NCBI GenBank assembly: GCA_030390025.1
Contig: CM059431.1
Coordinates: 109,556,001-109,620,000, forward strand
Direction of reading: 5' to 3'
DNA length: 64,000 nucleotides
From: Squalus acanthias
Lineage: Eukaryota
Shown: piece after piece, positions 10,811 through 23,012 of the stretch
How the letters are laid out: every line of letters begins with the position of its first letter
Position numbering within the stretch: position 1 is the first letter of the stretch
The notes under the pieces: generated by a model
Seen by the model: only the letters and a program-made list of their open reading frames with translations
What the model was told of the DNA's origin: nothing
The model's database searches: none
Position numbers and translations under genes: made by a program

Positions 10811-12779
10811 CTAATTGTGCTTTATCTTCCTCTTACGCGTGTTTCTACGTGGTGCTTCCCCTTTGGCTTCAACAGATGTGGAGGCACCTTGCTCTCTTTC
10901 ATGTTGCTCCTGCTTCAACACCTTTGGCGGGTGTCCTCTGGGTTTGTGAGCCTGTGAGGGCTCGGCAACAGTCTGCTCCTCGTGCAGCTGTGCAGGGGCT
11001 GAGACGCCCATCTCAGTTGGATGAGGACTCTGGTGGGGCTCTGACCGAGGGCTACTCAGTGGCATGGGAGTGTGAGCACTTGGAGAGGAGCCCACACTTC
11101 CTTTTTGCCTGCCACCAACATCCCTCTCATGGGTCAGCCCCACTTCAGTGCCAGCAAGTGGCTGGACAGCACCTTGCTGCACATCAGGGGGGGGGACATG
11201 AGGACCCGTATCTGCACTGGCAGTCCTCCTCAAAAGGACTTCCATGAAGCTCTGGTTTCTCTGCTCAATAGCTGCCCATCGCTCCTCCAGAGTTGTCAAT
11301 CTATTCTGAACATTCACCATGTTTTCCTGACTCTGCCGATTTATTTCCTCCATGACCGTAGCCATCCTTTCCTCTACCGTAGCCACCCTTTCCACGGAGG
11401 TTGCCATCCTTTCCGTGATGGTGTGTTCATGCGCCATTGCCTCCACAAAGGCACTACTCATGTTAGACATGGACTCCTCCATCCTCTCCACACTCGCAGT
11501 AACCCTGGATGCAAAACCTGCCAGAGACTCCTGCACTTGTTTGTGGAGTTCCAGCACTGCTCTCTTTCTGGATGGCCCCAGAGGCACAGTGTCTACATGC
11601 AGCTGAACAGAGCTGGGAGCATCCAGCGGCCTCCGATGAGGACTCTCCACTGCTGTCCCTGTCTCCACCATCTGCTGATGCTCACTTGTGAGCTGTGATA
11701 CACCAGGTGACAACACTACACTATCTCGCGAAGGTCCCACCAAGGTGTGCGTATCTGAGCTGGTGCTGGGTGCGCATAATTCTGCTGATGCTGCGCTCTC
11801 AGAGGTTGCAGGTTCCTCTGAGGAGTCTTCAGACTCAGGCTCTTCCTCCTGGACAGTGGGGAGGGGGGCTGTCGATGGTCCTGTGGGGGAGTAAAGGCAT
11901 GAGTTAGACATGTGATATTAACGTAGCATGCACATGGAATTGTGCAGATGATCATAAGTCAATCTGTATGAGCATCAGATGCCATATCAGTCACTCATGC
12001 AATGTAAATGAGAGGGATGCAAATCTATTCTGTCACCAGCTTGCTCTGCTGCGCCCGTCTGACTGTCCCCCACTTCCAGATCCTCAGCACCTCCGATTAT
12101 TTTGTGGGCAGCCTCCTCAGCGGTGGTCATATGGGCAATGGAAGGTGGCCCTCCTCCTGTCCTAGCCCTCTCCCTCTTATTGTGGGCTCTCTTTTCCTGC
12201 AATGAGGGACACAAGTGGAGTTTGAGTGAGAATGATGGGGTGAGTGTAGAGAAGCCATAGCATAGATGCTTAGAAGGAGACAAAGATGGAGTGAGGTGCC
12301 AATACCAAGGGCCCTCCCTGTGCGTTGTTAGTTGTTGTCATTGCATAACAGTGATAGCGAGTGTGAGGGCAGCGTGGTCGAATAGTGAAGTGATTCTGTA
12401 CATAGAGAGAGAGGGATGGTTAAGAGTGCAAGGGATGTGAGGGTCAAGTGGGATGTGCAGGAGTAGGTTGACAATGCAGAGTGCTGGTGATGAGAAGAGA
12501 TGGGGAGCAGATTGAGGGTAAGTGTGATGTTATACTCACTTTTCCTGAGCGTACCAGGTCATTGAACCTTTTCCTGCACTGGACCCAGGAGCGAGGACAC
12601 AACGATCTGGAGCTGACCTCCTCAGCAATTTGCAGCCAGGCTGCTTTGCTTTGCTGAGGAGGCTTCCTCCGCCCAGAGGATGGGAATAGTACCTCCTGGC
12701 GCCCTCTCACTCCATCCACAAGAGCATGGAGGGAGTCATCATCAAAACGGGGAGAGGCCTTGACTCTTGCAGCAGTCAT
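10811..12779 (-). CDS. Harbinger Myb/SANT-like DNA-binding protein, 3 exons (12779-12540, 12196-12037, 11880-10811), ~489 aa
   Basis: PRFDDDSLHALV...AWLQIAEEV...RSWVQCRKRFNDL trihelix motif. GT/AG junctions are phase-consistent (0, then 1) and total 1470 nt with no internal stop. Confidence 0.85.
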
Positions 12780-12906
12780 GGGTCTAGTTGCCAGCACGAA
12801 AACCAACATAAAAGGATAAGAATGAAACAAGGCTGCATGGGCCCCTTAAATGCAGCTCGCTGACAGACGTCAGCAGAGGCGAGCAGCAGACCCGAAACCA
12901 CTAATT

Positions 12907-13187
12907 GGGCCGGGTAGCGCGCACGTAGGGATTCCATGGGCCGGGTAGCGCGCACGCAGGGATTCAATGGGCCGGGTAGCGCGCACGCAGGGATTCCATG
13001 GGCCGGGTAGCGCGCACGCAGGGATTCCATGGGCTGGGTAGCGCGCACGCAGGGATTCCATGGGCCGGGTAGCGCGCACGCAGGGATTCAATAGGGCCGG
13101 GTAGCGCACACGCAGGGATTCCATGGGCCGGGTAGCGCGCACGCAGGGATTCAATAGGGCCGGGTAGCGCGCACGCAGGGATTCAAT
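12907..13187. repeat. Minisatellite, 9 x 31-32 bp (GGGCCGGGTAGCGCGCACGCAGGGATTCMAT)
   Basis: Directly visible near-identical tandem units with no spacers. Confidence 0.95.
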
Positions 13188-13779
13188 GGGGCAATTAAGG
13201 TCAAATTGCAATTTCTGACCGGTTGAAAGCGGCAGCGGGACCAGGACCCGCCGACCACCTGACCCGCACCCAACCCACCTCCAATCATAAAATCGCGGCC
13301 TTCAAATCAACAGCAGACTTTTCACAATAAACAAATGTCTTCGGGGAAGTCCCAAATCCTTTTTCAATAGCCCAGTAATCAATATTAATTATTTTAATCA
13401 CCCAGGTGGATGGCAAGTGGCACTTGTCTGACGACTTGTATGCTAGTTCAGACCTGAAACAAAGTTTATTTGAAACTTATCTGGCATGACGCCTTCTTCA
13501 ATGGTTATAATTACCTGAAAATTGCGCTATCCCATATTGCATATTTGGTCTACCCACTGCCTCTGAAGGCTAAGGATAAAGGAAACTTCAGAACTAGCAG
13601 CATTGGCTCCAATTTAAAACCCCACTGCACTGGCCTAACTAAATTTCATACGCAAACAATGTGACGGAAATATTTATAACATGATGTAGGAAGGAGATTC
13701 CATCCATCAGATACGGTATAGAACATTCCAAGCTGGCAAGTCAAACTACCAACACAGTAGAAATTAAATGAGACACATT

Positions 13780-14747
13780 GCCCAGGATTTGCTGGTTAGA
13801 AATGACAGAGAAGGAAACAGGGTGAATTTAGAGTCAAACTAAGTACAGAAAGAGAAATAAAGAGAGGAAAGAAAGACTGAATTAAGAGAGAGAGGGAAAA
13901 AAAAAGAGTTAGAAAGGAAAAATAAGAAAAAAAATTAAATTTTAAAACCTCTAGGAACTGAGACTCCACAGTTTCAGTCGTTCCCTTTCTGAGCCGGAGA
14001 GGCTGAGTGGCATTGCAGGAACATAAATCTCGGCATTAAGAGGGTCCTTACATCGTTGAGTAGCAGCCCTAACTTTCTGCAGCGCGTTTAATTGGTAATT
14101 ATTACGCAAATGCAGCAATTTCTTGAAACTCACATGGGGGTTGAGGGCGAGCGGCGGAGGCCAATGGCGGAGCGGCACAACTCGTCCAGCAACCTGTGGC
14201 GATTCGCAACCAAGAACATAAGAAATAGGAGCAGGAGTAGGCCATTCGGCCCTTCAAGCCTGCTCCGCCATTCAATGAGATCATGGCTGATCTTCTGCCT
14301 CAACTTCATTCACTGGCCCTATCGCCATATCCCTTGATGCCTTTACTAGTCAGAAATCTATTGACTTCTGTTTTGAATATACCCAATGACTGAGCCTCCA
14401 CAGCCCTCTGAGGTAGAGAATTCCAAAGATTCACCACCCTCTGTGTGAAGAAATTTCTTCTCATCCCAGTCCTGAATGGCCTACCCTTTATCCTGAGGCT
14501 GTGGCCCCTGGTTCTAGACTCCCCAGCCAAGGGAAACATTCTCCCAGCATCCACCCTATCAAGCCCTGTAATAATTTTGTATGCTTCAATGAGATCCCCT
14601 CTCATTCTTCTAGTTTACTCAATCTAAGGCCTAGTTTACTCAACTCACGGGGTATCTCTTCCACACCACAAGTTGCTGGGTTATTTAGACACGAATAACT
14701 GTGTGCGCGTTAAAATTGCTGTTAATTTCCCAGCAAAATCTGGGGCC
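13780..14747. mobile_element. Harbinger-type MITE interrupted by a CR1 fragment
   Basis: Ends GCCCAGGATTTGCTGG / CCAGCAAAATCTGGGGCC. Confidence 0.55.
14213..14640 (-). mobile_element. CR1 LINE 3' fragment
   Basis: ORF 14306-14605 MRGDLIEAYKI...FFTQRVVNLWNSLP plus a CR1 tail. Confidence 0.88.
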
Positions 14748-15189
14748 ATAGTGGAAACCAATCTCAGCACACAGTGCCAGACTGTATAAAGTATAACACG
14801 GATAAAAAAAAAAACTGGTGACAGACAAGTAGACAGTAAATATGCTGGATTGCCAGATTCATCTACAGTATGAATGTTAAAGCGGTAAAAAGTAATGGGG
14901 GGGCATTTGAGTAAACATATTTAAATAGACAGATTTCAAGAAAAAATGGCAAATTAACTATATGGTGTTACGGGCAGAGTTTTGGTAAGCTTTACAGATG
15001 CTGTGACTTAATTGTTCCAAAATGGTTCTTATGGGTTTAGTAAGTGGTTCCGCGGCCTTGTGCTAAAGCAACTATAGGTGTTGATATTTCAATTGTCCTC
15101 CAGTAGAGTACTTTAAAATGTGCATGAATCAAAAGTGAAAGTACCAAGCCACTGTCCCTGTATCTGATGTCACTCGCGTACGTCCGCGT

Positions 15190-15935
15190 GATGTTCTTGA
15201 ATGGACGGGTGGAGGCCAGCGATCTGGAAAAATCTGCACCCTTACCTGAGGGCTCCCGAGACGCGCACAATTCCGATGCTGGGCCTCACCAAACTGCCGG
15301 TGCGCAGGGCCCACGTATCCCAGAGGCGCAGGTGGTTCGCAGCGTCCCTGGGATCACGTGGGCCATGGGGAGCCAATCACAGAAGGGAATCTCCCTTCAT
15401 ACACTTGACAGGAAGACCTGTCAAATATATGAATGGAGATCACCCCAAAAACATAGTAAAACTTTAAATAATTTTTTTTTTTAAATCACATTTTTAAAAT
15501 GACTTGAAATTACAATAAATTAACTATTTTAAACAAAAATTTAAATTTTTGAAAAAAATAATTAAAGTTTTTTACCGGGCTAAAAATAAACTTACCTTTT
15601 TTAAAGTATTTTTAAATGATAAATCAGTGACAAAAATGTTTTTTAAAAACTTTTTTCAACTCTTATCCTGGTAAAAGCAGGCCTTACACCTGCTTTTACC
15701 AGGCACAAGTATTGTAAGGGTTTTCTGCAGGCGGAGGGTCTCCAAAAAGCAGAACTATCCGCCCGCAGAGGCCCTTCTCCAGGGCAGCTGGAGGATCTGT
15801 CAAGACCATTCTTGACAGATCCGAAATGCTGGTTTCCAGCGCATGCGCAGTGCATGCCTGAAACCGGCATTTCCGATGTCCCTACGGGTGAGTACACAGC
15901 GCATACCCACCCGCAGGGATCGGAATATCCGGCCC
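15190..15935. mobile_element. Harbinger-type MITE with AT-rich core
   Basis: Highly similar to 58833-59527 and, in reverse, to 35218-35961 and 57021-57772. Confidence 0.7.
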
Positions 15936-16120
15936 AATAACTATCTCTCTATCATTTTTTGGGGAGTCAGATGAATACGATATCCCTTTAAGAACCTGCC
16001 CATTCAAGTCATTCCAGTTGGTTGAATCTGATTACAAGTTTGTTTGAAACATTTTTCACAGTTTAATGTTCTTCCCACAGGATTTCACCGATGATATTAA
16101 AACATCTAAGAATAGCATTC

Positions 16121-17760
16121 CTTCTTCTTAGGCAGTCCCCCGGAGTCGAGATGACTTGCTTCCACTCCAATATTGTGACTTCTAAGGTGACTAATGAGAC
16201 CTATGCGGGATCTACAGACTCTGCCACAGGTGGGGCAGGTAATGGTTGAAGGGACGAGTGGGTGGAGTGCTTGGCTTGTCATGCGCTCCTTCCACTGTTT
16301 GTACTTGGCCTCTGCGTGCTCCCGACGAAGAAACTCAAAGTGTTTGGTGCCTTTTCGAATGCTTCTCCTCCAACTTGAGCCGTCTTGGGTCAGGGATTCC
16401 CAAGAGTCGATGAGGATGTTATATTTTTTCAAGGAGGTCTTGAGGACTTCCTTGAAGCGTTTTCTCTGCCCTCGTGGAAATCGCTTGACGTGACGGAACT
16501 CGGAGTAGAGTGTTTGTTTCGGGAGTCTTGTATCAGGCATGCGGACAACGTGGCCCATCCATCGGAGCTGATTGAGTGTGATCAATGCCTCAATGCTGGG
16601 GATGCTAGCCTGAGAGAGAACACTGACATTGGTGCGCCTATCCTGCCAATGGATTTGCAGAATTTTGTGGAGACAGCGTTGGTGATACTTCCAGTGTTTT
16701 GAGGTGCCTACTGTACGTTGTCCATGTCTCTGAAGCATACAGGAGGGTGGGTATCACTGCTGCTCTGTAGACCATGAGCTTTGTGCCGGGTTTGAGGTCC
16801 TGGTCTTCAAACACTCTTTTCCTCAGGCGGCCGAAGGTTGCACTGGCACACTGAAGGCGGTGTTGGATTTCGTCATCGATGTCCGCCCTCGCTGACAGAA
16901 GGCTCCCAAGGTATGGAAAGTGGTTTACACAGTCCAAGGTCTCGTCATGGATTTTGATAGTATGGGGCAGTGTTGTGCGGCGGGGGCAGGTTGGTAAAGA
17001 ACCATTGTCTTTCGGATGTTTAATGTAAGGCCCAGTCTCTCGTACGCTTCAGTGAAGGAGTCAACGATGATTTGGAGTTTGGCCTCAGAGTGTGCATAAA
17101 CCCAAGCGTCGTCTGCATACTGTAATTCAATAACAGAGGTTGGGACAATCTTGGTTCTGGACTGAAGGCGACGGAGATTGAACAATTTCCCATTCATCCG
17201 GTAGATTAGCTCCGCTCCGGCGGGAAGCTTGTTAGAGGTGAGATGAAGTATTGCAGTGAGAAAGATTGAGACGAGCATTGGTGCACTGACACAGCCTTGC
17301 TTGACCCTTCACTTGTATTGGGTCTGTGACGGATCCGTTAGTAAGGATCACAGCTTGCATGTCATCGTGGAGCAGATGGAGGATGGTAACGAATTTTTGA
17401 GGACAGCCAAATTTGAGAAGGACACTCCATAATCCCTCTCGGTTGACAGAGTTGAAGGCCTTTGTGAGGTCAAAAAAGGCCATGTACAGAGGTTGATGCT
17501 GCTCCATACATTTTTCTTGGATTTGTCGCACAGCAAAAACCGTGTCCATTGTGCCTCTTAGTGGGCAGAATCCGCATTGTGATTCTGGGAGGAGCTTTTC
17601 AGCCACTGGGAGGAGACGATTGAGGAGGATTCTTGCAATGACTTTCCCTGTGGCAGACAACAGGGAAACTCCTCTGTAATTATCGCAATCGGACTTGTCT
17701 CCTTTCTTGAAGATGGTCACAATTACGGCGTCTCTGAAATCCCCTGGCACGCTCTCCTCC
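16121..17760 (-). mobile_element. RTE-clade LINE, 5'-truncated and frameshifted, with ~70-bp TSD
   Basis: RT motifs NYRGVSLLS, ESQCGF, FFDLTKAF, LQYADD; C-terminal CPTCGRVCRSRIGLISHLRSH; (AAG) tail. Confidence 0.92.
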
Positions 17761-18799
17761 ATTTGTCACAGTTTAATGTTCTTCCCACAGGATTTCACTG
17801 ATGAGATCAAAATATCTAAGAATAGCATTCAGGGTACAAAATACAGCAATAAACTAATTAAAAGGCTCAGTAAAGCTGATGTTATTCCATCATTGTCCTT
17901 GTTGGTATCCAGGGAAAATTAGTATGAAGGCTTTACAAATGGACACAGAGGGGCATAAATTCAACATCAGTGTGCTCGATTTACAGTCATAAAACGGGTG
18001 CAACAATGACAAATTTAATAGTGCAACAGTCTGTACCCGATCTGCAGGTGTGTTCGGACCACTGCTAAATTCGTCAGGGCTATTGTTAGGCCCTGAAGTG
18101 AGAGCAGGCCTCAATCCACTACTGAAATGAGGGTCCTGCGCCAGTTTCAGTACACATTTGCCCCTTTAAATTTAAGTCCCATTGAAGTCATAGTGTAAGG
18201 TAGGGAGAACACCTGTGGAATTTAACAGCCTATAAGCTTAGCGTGGGTGCAAAGCTGAAATGGCTTCACATTGACGTTAAACTAGTCCTGACAATCGACC
18301 CTTAAATGGACATTGGCAGCGTTATCTGCAAACATGACAAAAGCAGAGAACTATAATCAGAGAAGAATGGAGAAAAAATGGAATAATAAAACAAAAGGGA
18401 TGACTTCACCCCTTGAGCATAGTTTCCTTTTAAGAAATGGCACGTTTGCATGTCCCAAGTTAATTTTATTTATTAATCTGCCAGCTGTGCATCCACTTAG
18501 CCATGTGAGCATTTTTTTGTTTGGAACTGCATTTTTACTTGAAAAAGGATGAAGCTGTGTCACAACAGGTTAGTTTCACAAACGTGAACTCGCAGATAAT
18601 ACGGTCGGGAAGCATTCCACCGATACTGAACAAAGTGTATTTGTTGGCCTGCTGTTTGACCAAATTGTGGTGCGCATATTATTCCCCCATCTTGTTTTTG
18701 CTGGAAAATCTGAACACCACGATGAACAGACAGCAAATAAGTTATTTAAAAGAATCAATATTTTAGCTGTATCTTCAGGTTTTTTTTCCATTTTGTTTT

Positions 18800-19180
18800 T
18801 CTCTCTCACATGGCAGCTGTCGATCTTTCAGCCAATGCCATTTACACTTCATCTAGAGCCATCTTTTGTTTTTTAACTTGTCCCATTACTACCTCCTTTT
18901 GCCTTGCACCATCATCCCTTTTGTCTCTTAATCGCTCCTGCCTTCCATCCTATCACAGACCTTCCCTTTTGTTCTTTCCTCCCCTCCCCCCTTTTCCCTG
19001 CCCCTGCACTTGCTTAAAAACCTGTTCCATCTCCAGCTTTTTACAGTTCTGACAAAAGGTCATCGACCTGAAACGTTAACTCTGTTTCTCTCTCCACAGA
19101 TGCTGCCGGACCTGCTGAGTATTTCCAGCATTGTCTGTTTTTATTTCAGATTTCCAGCATCCGCAGTATTTTGCTTTTTT
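18800..19180 (+). mobile_element. Penelope-like element terminal (pLTR) fragment
   Basis: Pyrimidine-rich tract, then CTGACAAAAGGTCATCGACCTGAAACGTTAAC and the same arm as at 6124 and 29436. Confidence 0.7.
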
Positions 19181-19375
19181 ATCTTCAGTTATACTGTTGA
19201 CAGCTGAGGAAAGATCCTGCAAATCTGTGACAAGTAGATTCAAATTATGGACTCGAGAAAAGAGACACAAGCTGGTCAACATTTGACACGAAAGCAGCCT
19301 CCAAGTGAATCTGAAGCCATTTCATTTATCAGGAGAATCTAAAGAAAAGCATCTCCTGAATTGTATTTTGTACTA

Positions 19376-19680
19376 AGAATCATAGAATAGGACCGCGCAG
19401 AAGGAGGCCATTCGGCCCATCGAGTCTGCGCCGGCTCTTTCGAAGAGCAAACCAGTTAGTCCCACTCCCCCGCTCTATCCCCATATCCCTGAAATTTTTT
19501 CTCCTTCAAGTATTTATCCAATTCCCCATTGAAAGCTACTATTGAATCTGTATCCACCACCCTATCAGGCAGTGCATTCCAAATCCTAACCACTCGTTGC
19601 GTAAAATAGTTTTTCCTCGTGTCGCCTCTGGTTCTTTTGCAAATCACCTTAAATCTGTGCCCTCTCGATATCGACCCTTC
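19376..19680 (-). mobile_element. CR1 LINE 3' fragment
   Basis: YFTQRVVRIWNALP...GYGDRAGEWD plus a CTATGATT tail. Confidence 0.85.
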
Positions 19681-20210
19681 ACATCTAAATATGCAGAAAG
19701 TGTCTTATTATGGGTCTTTCTAGAATTGAACCAGGACGCTTTTTGCAACATGAGACTTCAAGAAAGGCACTTAAGTATAGTGGAAATGAAAGAAAGTGAA
19801 TGAATGGCTGCAGACTCAGCAGATAACCTTAAATATTTGAACTAGATTTCTAGGTTCCAAAGCTATTTGGAATTTGAAATCTTTGCTTGGGGTTTAAATA
19901 TTTTAAACCACTGGATATGCATTTGAGTTTGCCTGACGCATCATAAGGGCAGATCGTGGTGCAGTTTGAAGATAGATAAAACAGATGTTAATGACTTTAT
20001 ATACAGCTACTATAAAGTCTACAGAGATGTCAAAATATGAAGCATACTAACTCCCCATAAGTTCTCCGTAATGTCCAATAGATTCTATGGGCTTCAAAAT
20101 ACTCATGCCGCAAACCCAGTCCTTATGTTGGGATCATGCCTACTCTTAGCATCCGGCACTGGAGTATGCAAGGTCAGTGGGAGGTTACTTCATTTAAACA
20201 GGGACACCAG

Positions 20211-20950
20211 GGGGGCAAAATTCGGTTGCTTTGCGCCTCCCGTTAGCACCCTAAGAGGGCCCTAACAGGGCGCAAAGCAACTAGCGCCTGGGCGCGGCGC
20301 CGCTAACGCCTCCCGTGAAATTCAGCGGGAGGTTAGAGGTGGCGGTAGCCGGTAGTGCCCTGCGGTACTGCGCCTCCGACAATGACATCACCGCCATGCG
20401 CAACGCCCCGCTCGCAAATTTCGGTCCCGCCCCCTGACATACCGCCGGACGCTATGTCCGACAGATCAGGGGGGTGTACGTGCAACCGGGGCGGCGATAT
20501 TTAAAGGGGAGGTGCCGGGCGGCCATTTTTTTTGCTGGCCGCCTGCCAGCACCTGCCCCCTCTGCCATCCCTCCCACGGGTGCCAGCCACGATCGGGCAG
20601 CCCGGCACTCCTCTTGAGTGCCGGGCTCTTTTGCCGGCACCCCGCTCTCTGGTGGCCCAGCTGGGCCCCGGGTCGCGCTGAGCAAGGCCCCTCCCCTTTA
20701 ATAAGGTGAGGAAGGCCTGCAGTACTGCAGCGCGACGTGCCGGCACGTGTGGCGCTGTGGCACGTAGCGCCGCGATATTCCCTGGGAGCGCCCCAAGAGG
20801 GAGGGGGAGCGCTTCCAGTAACGCCCTGCCTCCTTCTTGGGGTGCAACCATTGAATTTCAGGCGCGGGGGCGCTAACTTTTTCAGGGCGCTAAAAGTAGT
20901 GCCCCGGCGAAGTTAGTGTCCCAAAGGGGGCGCGACCAAATTTTTGCCCG
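20211..20950. mobile_element. GC/CpG-rich Harbinger-type MITE
   Basis: TIR GGGGGCAAAATTCGGT / ACCAAATTTTTGCCCG with 3-bp TSD CAG/CAG. Confidence 0.75.
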
Positions 20951-21329
20951 CAGGTGCCCACCTGCCCCAAGGATGCCACAAAATGCAGCCTTACTGCCCA
21001 GGTTGGTGGAGAGGATTGTCAGCAAACCCCAGAAAGAGTTATTTTTGCCCCCCTTTTGTAAGGAGGGGCTGCATTAAAAAGAGGGGGAGAAAAAATTCAC
21101 ATACTTAGATTTTTAGGCCACTGGCTGAGTGGAAACGCCACAGTAAGTCCGGGATCCAGTCTTACCGGGTCCCAGGGGAGTTTGCAGCCATTCCACTAGA
21201 CTCTCACTGAATGGAGCTCCATCTCAATGGCTGGCCAAGCAGCTATGAGTTCCAACAGGCCGAAGTTGCTTTGAATACTCAGGCAGAATAACATTTACCC
21301 AATTATGGACGGTTGTTATTGCTTGAGAT

Positions 21330-21879
21330 TAACACTAGTTCGGCCTCAGCTAGAGCATTGTGTCCAATTCTGGGCACCACACTTTAGGAAGGACGTGAAG
21401 GCTTTGGAGAGGGTGCAGAAGAGATTTACTAGAATGGTTCCAGGGATGAGCGATTACAGTTACGTGGATAGACTAGAGAAGCTGGGGTTGTTCTCCTTGG
21501 AGCAGAGAAGGTTAAGAAGAGATTTGATAGAGGTGTTCAAAATCATGAAGGGTTAGATAGAGTAAATAAAGAAAAACTGTTTCCAGTGACAGAAGGATTG
21601 ATAATCAGAGGGCACAGATTTAAGGTGATTGGCAAAAGAACCAGAGGCAACATGAGGAAAAACTTTTATACACAACGCACCTGATAGGGTGATGGAAACA
21701 GATTCAATAGTAGTTTCCAAAAGGGAATTGGATAAATACTGGAAGCAGAGAAAACTGCAGGGATATGGGGAAAGAGCGGGGGAGTGGGACTAACTGGATT
21801 GCTCTTCGAAAGAGCCGGCGCAGACTCGATGGGCCGAATGGCCTCCTTCTGTGCTGTACTATTCTATGATTCTATGATT
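21330..21879 (+). mobile_element. CR1 LINE 3' fragment
   Basis: LVRPQLEHCVQFWAP...LERVQKRFTRM and an (ATTCTATG)n tail. Confidence 0.88.
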
Positions 21880-22129
21880 GAGTAACAAAAGACACCAGTT
21901 GAGAAGACACCAATTACAAGAGGCCAATTTTGCTTTTTAAATTACAGCTATTTACTTGTTTAAAATTTTGACTTGATTTTTTTTTGGTGCCAGTCACTAG
22001 GTTTAATATTAGGACTGTTAGTTTAAAATGATAAGATTGTGGTTCATGCCCGGTTGCTTAACCACAACATTTCTAAAATAGTAGGCATTTAAACTTTCAA
22101 AGTCAAAGTAATGACTCATCTTAGGGTGC

Positions 22130-22482
22130 AGTTCGACAGCCCTGGCACTGGCAGCTAAGTTGCGATTCGTGACCATTGTTCAGGTGTCAGCCTAGACAGA
22201 GAGTGTTAGGCTACTAAACCATTAGGAGGCATCACAGTTGAGCCTGGGCTCACCCTCTCGAACTGCCTGTGTGTGCACACTTTCCAGAAAGAGTTATTGA
22301 CTGGTGAGTGCTGGCCTGGCTGATTTTTAATCGCCCATTGCCCAGGGACAATTATAGCACGCAAATGTTGCCCCAGCAGAAATCAGCTGACTCCGAAAAG
22401 ACTGGGGATCAAGCTGAGGATATCCTGGTTTGTACGTCTCAATAGCACAGTGCATTAGCCCACTGAGTCATTGAGGGAGCCC
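22130..22482 (-). mobile_element. Old tRNA-derived SINE
   Basis: Minus strand begins GGCTCCCTCAATGACTCAGTGG (A-box-like), with a degenerate B-box GCTTGATCCC. Confidence 0.5.
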
Positions 22483-22782
22483 ATTTATCAACACTAGTTC
22501 ATTGGAAAAAATCATACAAATTCATGATAGATTTGGGAGCATAGGGTATGAACAGTAATTTTGCTTGTGATGTTAGCACGCAGGTAAACCATAAGAAATT
22601 TCCATGGTTGTTGTGGTAATAAATAGAATGGCCTCGAAATCCTGCAGTGGTCCTCTCATCACCCATGGTAACTCCAGTGGGAAATCAACGGAACACCATG
22701 GAATTTCAATACCAATGTGTTATATTTAACTGGGTAATGCCTATTGATGAGGATCACCAACGCAATCCACTCATCACTCAAC

Positions 22783-23012
22783 AAAAATAACTTGTATTTA
22801 TATAGAGCCTTTAATGTAATCAAACATGCCAAGGCGCTTTAGAGGAGCATTATCAAACAAAATTTGACACCAAGCCACAAACGGAGATATTAGGACAGGT
22901 TTGGTCAAAGAGGTAGGTTTTAAGGAGCATGTTAAAGGAGGAGAGAGAAGTAGAGAGGCGCAGAGGTTTAGGGAGGGGAATCCAGAGCTTAGAGCTGAGG
23001 CAGCTGAAGGCA
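22783..23012 (-). mobile_element. L2 LINE 3' end
   Basis: Typical L2 3' end (..MLLKTYLFDQ..) with the tail GCTCTATATAAATACAAGTT. Confidence 0.7.

Larger units (their letters stand above)
8785..13300 (+). mobile_element. Full-length autonomous-type Harbinger/PIF DNA transposon
   Basis: 14-bp TIRs GGCCGTGATTTTAT / ATAAAATCGCGGCC with 3-bp flanks TTT/TTC. Contains convergent transposase and Myb/SANT genes. Confidence 0.92.

Noticed and set aside
12907..13187. CRISPR-like array (31-bp repeats)
   Set aside because: The units are contiguous with no unique spacers, there are no cas genes, and the context is a vertebrate transposon.
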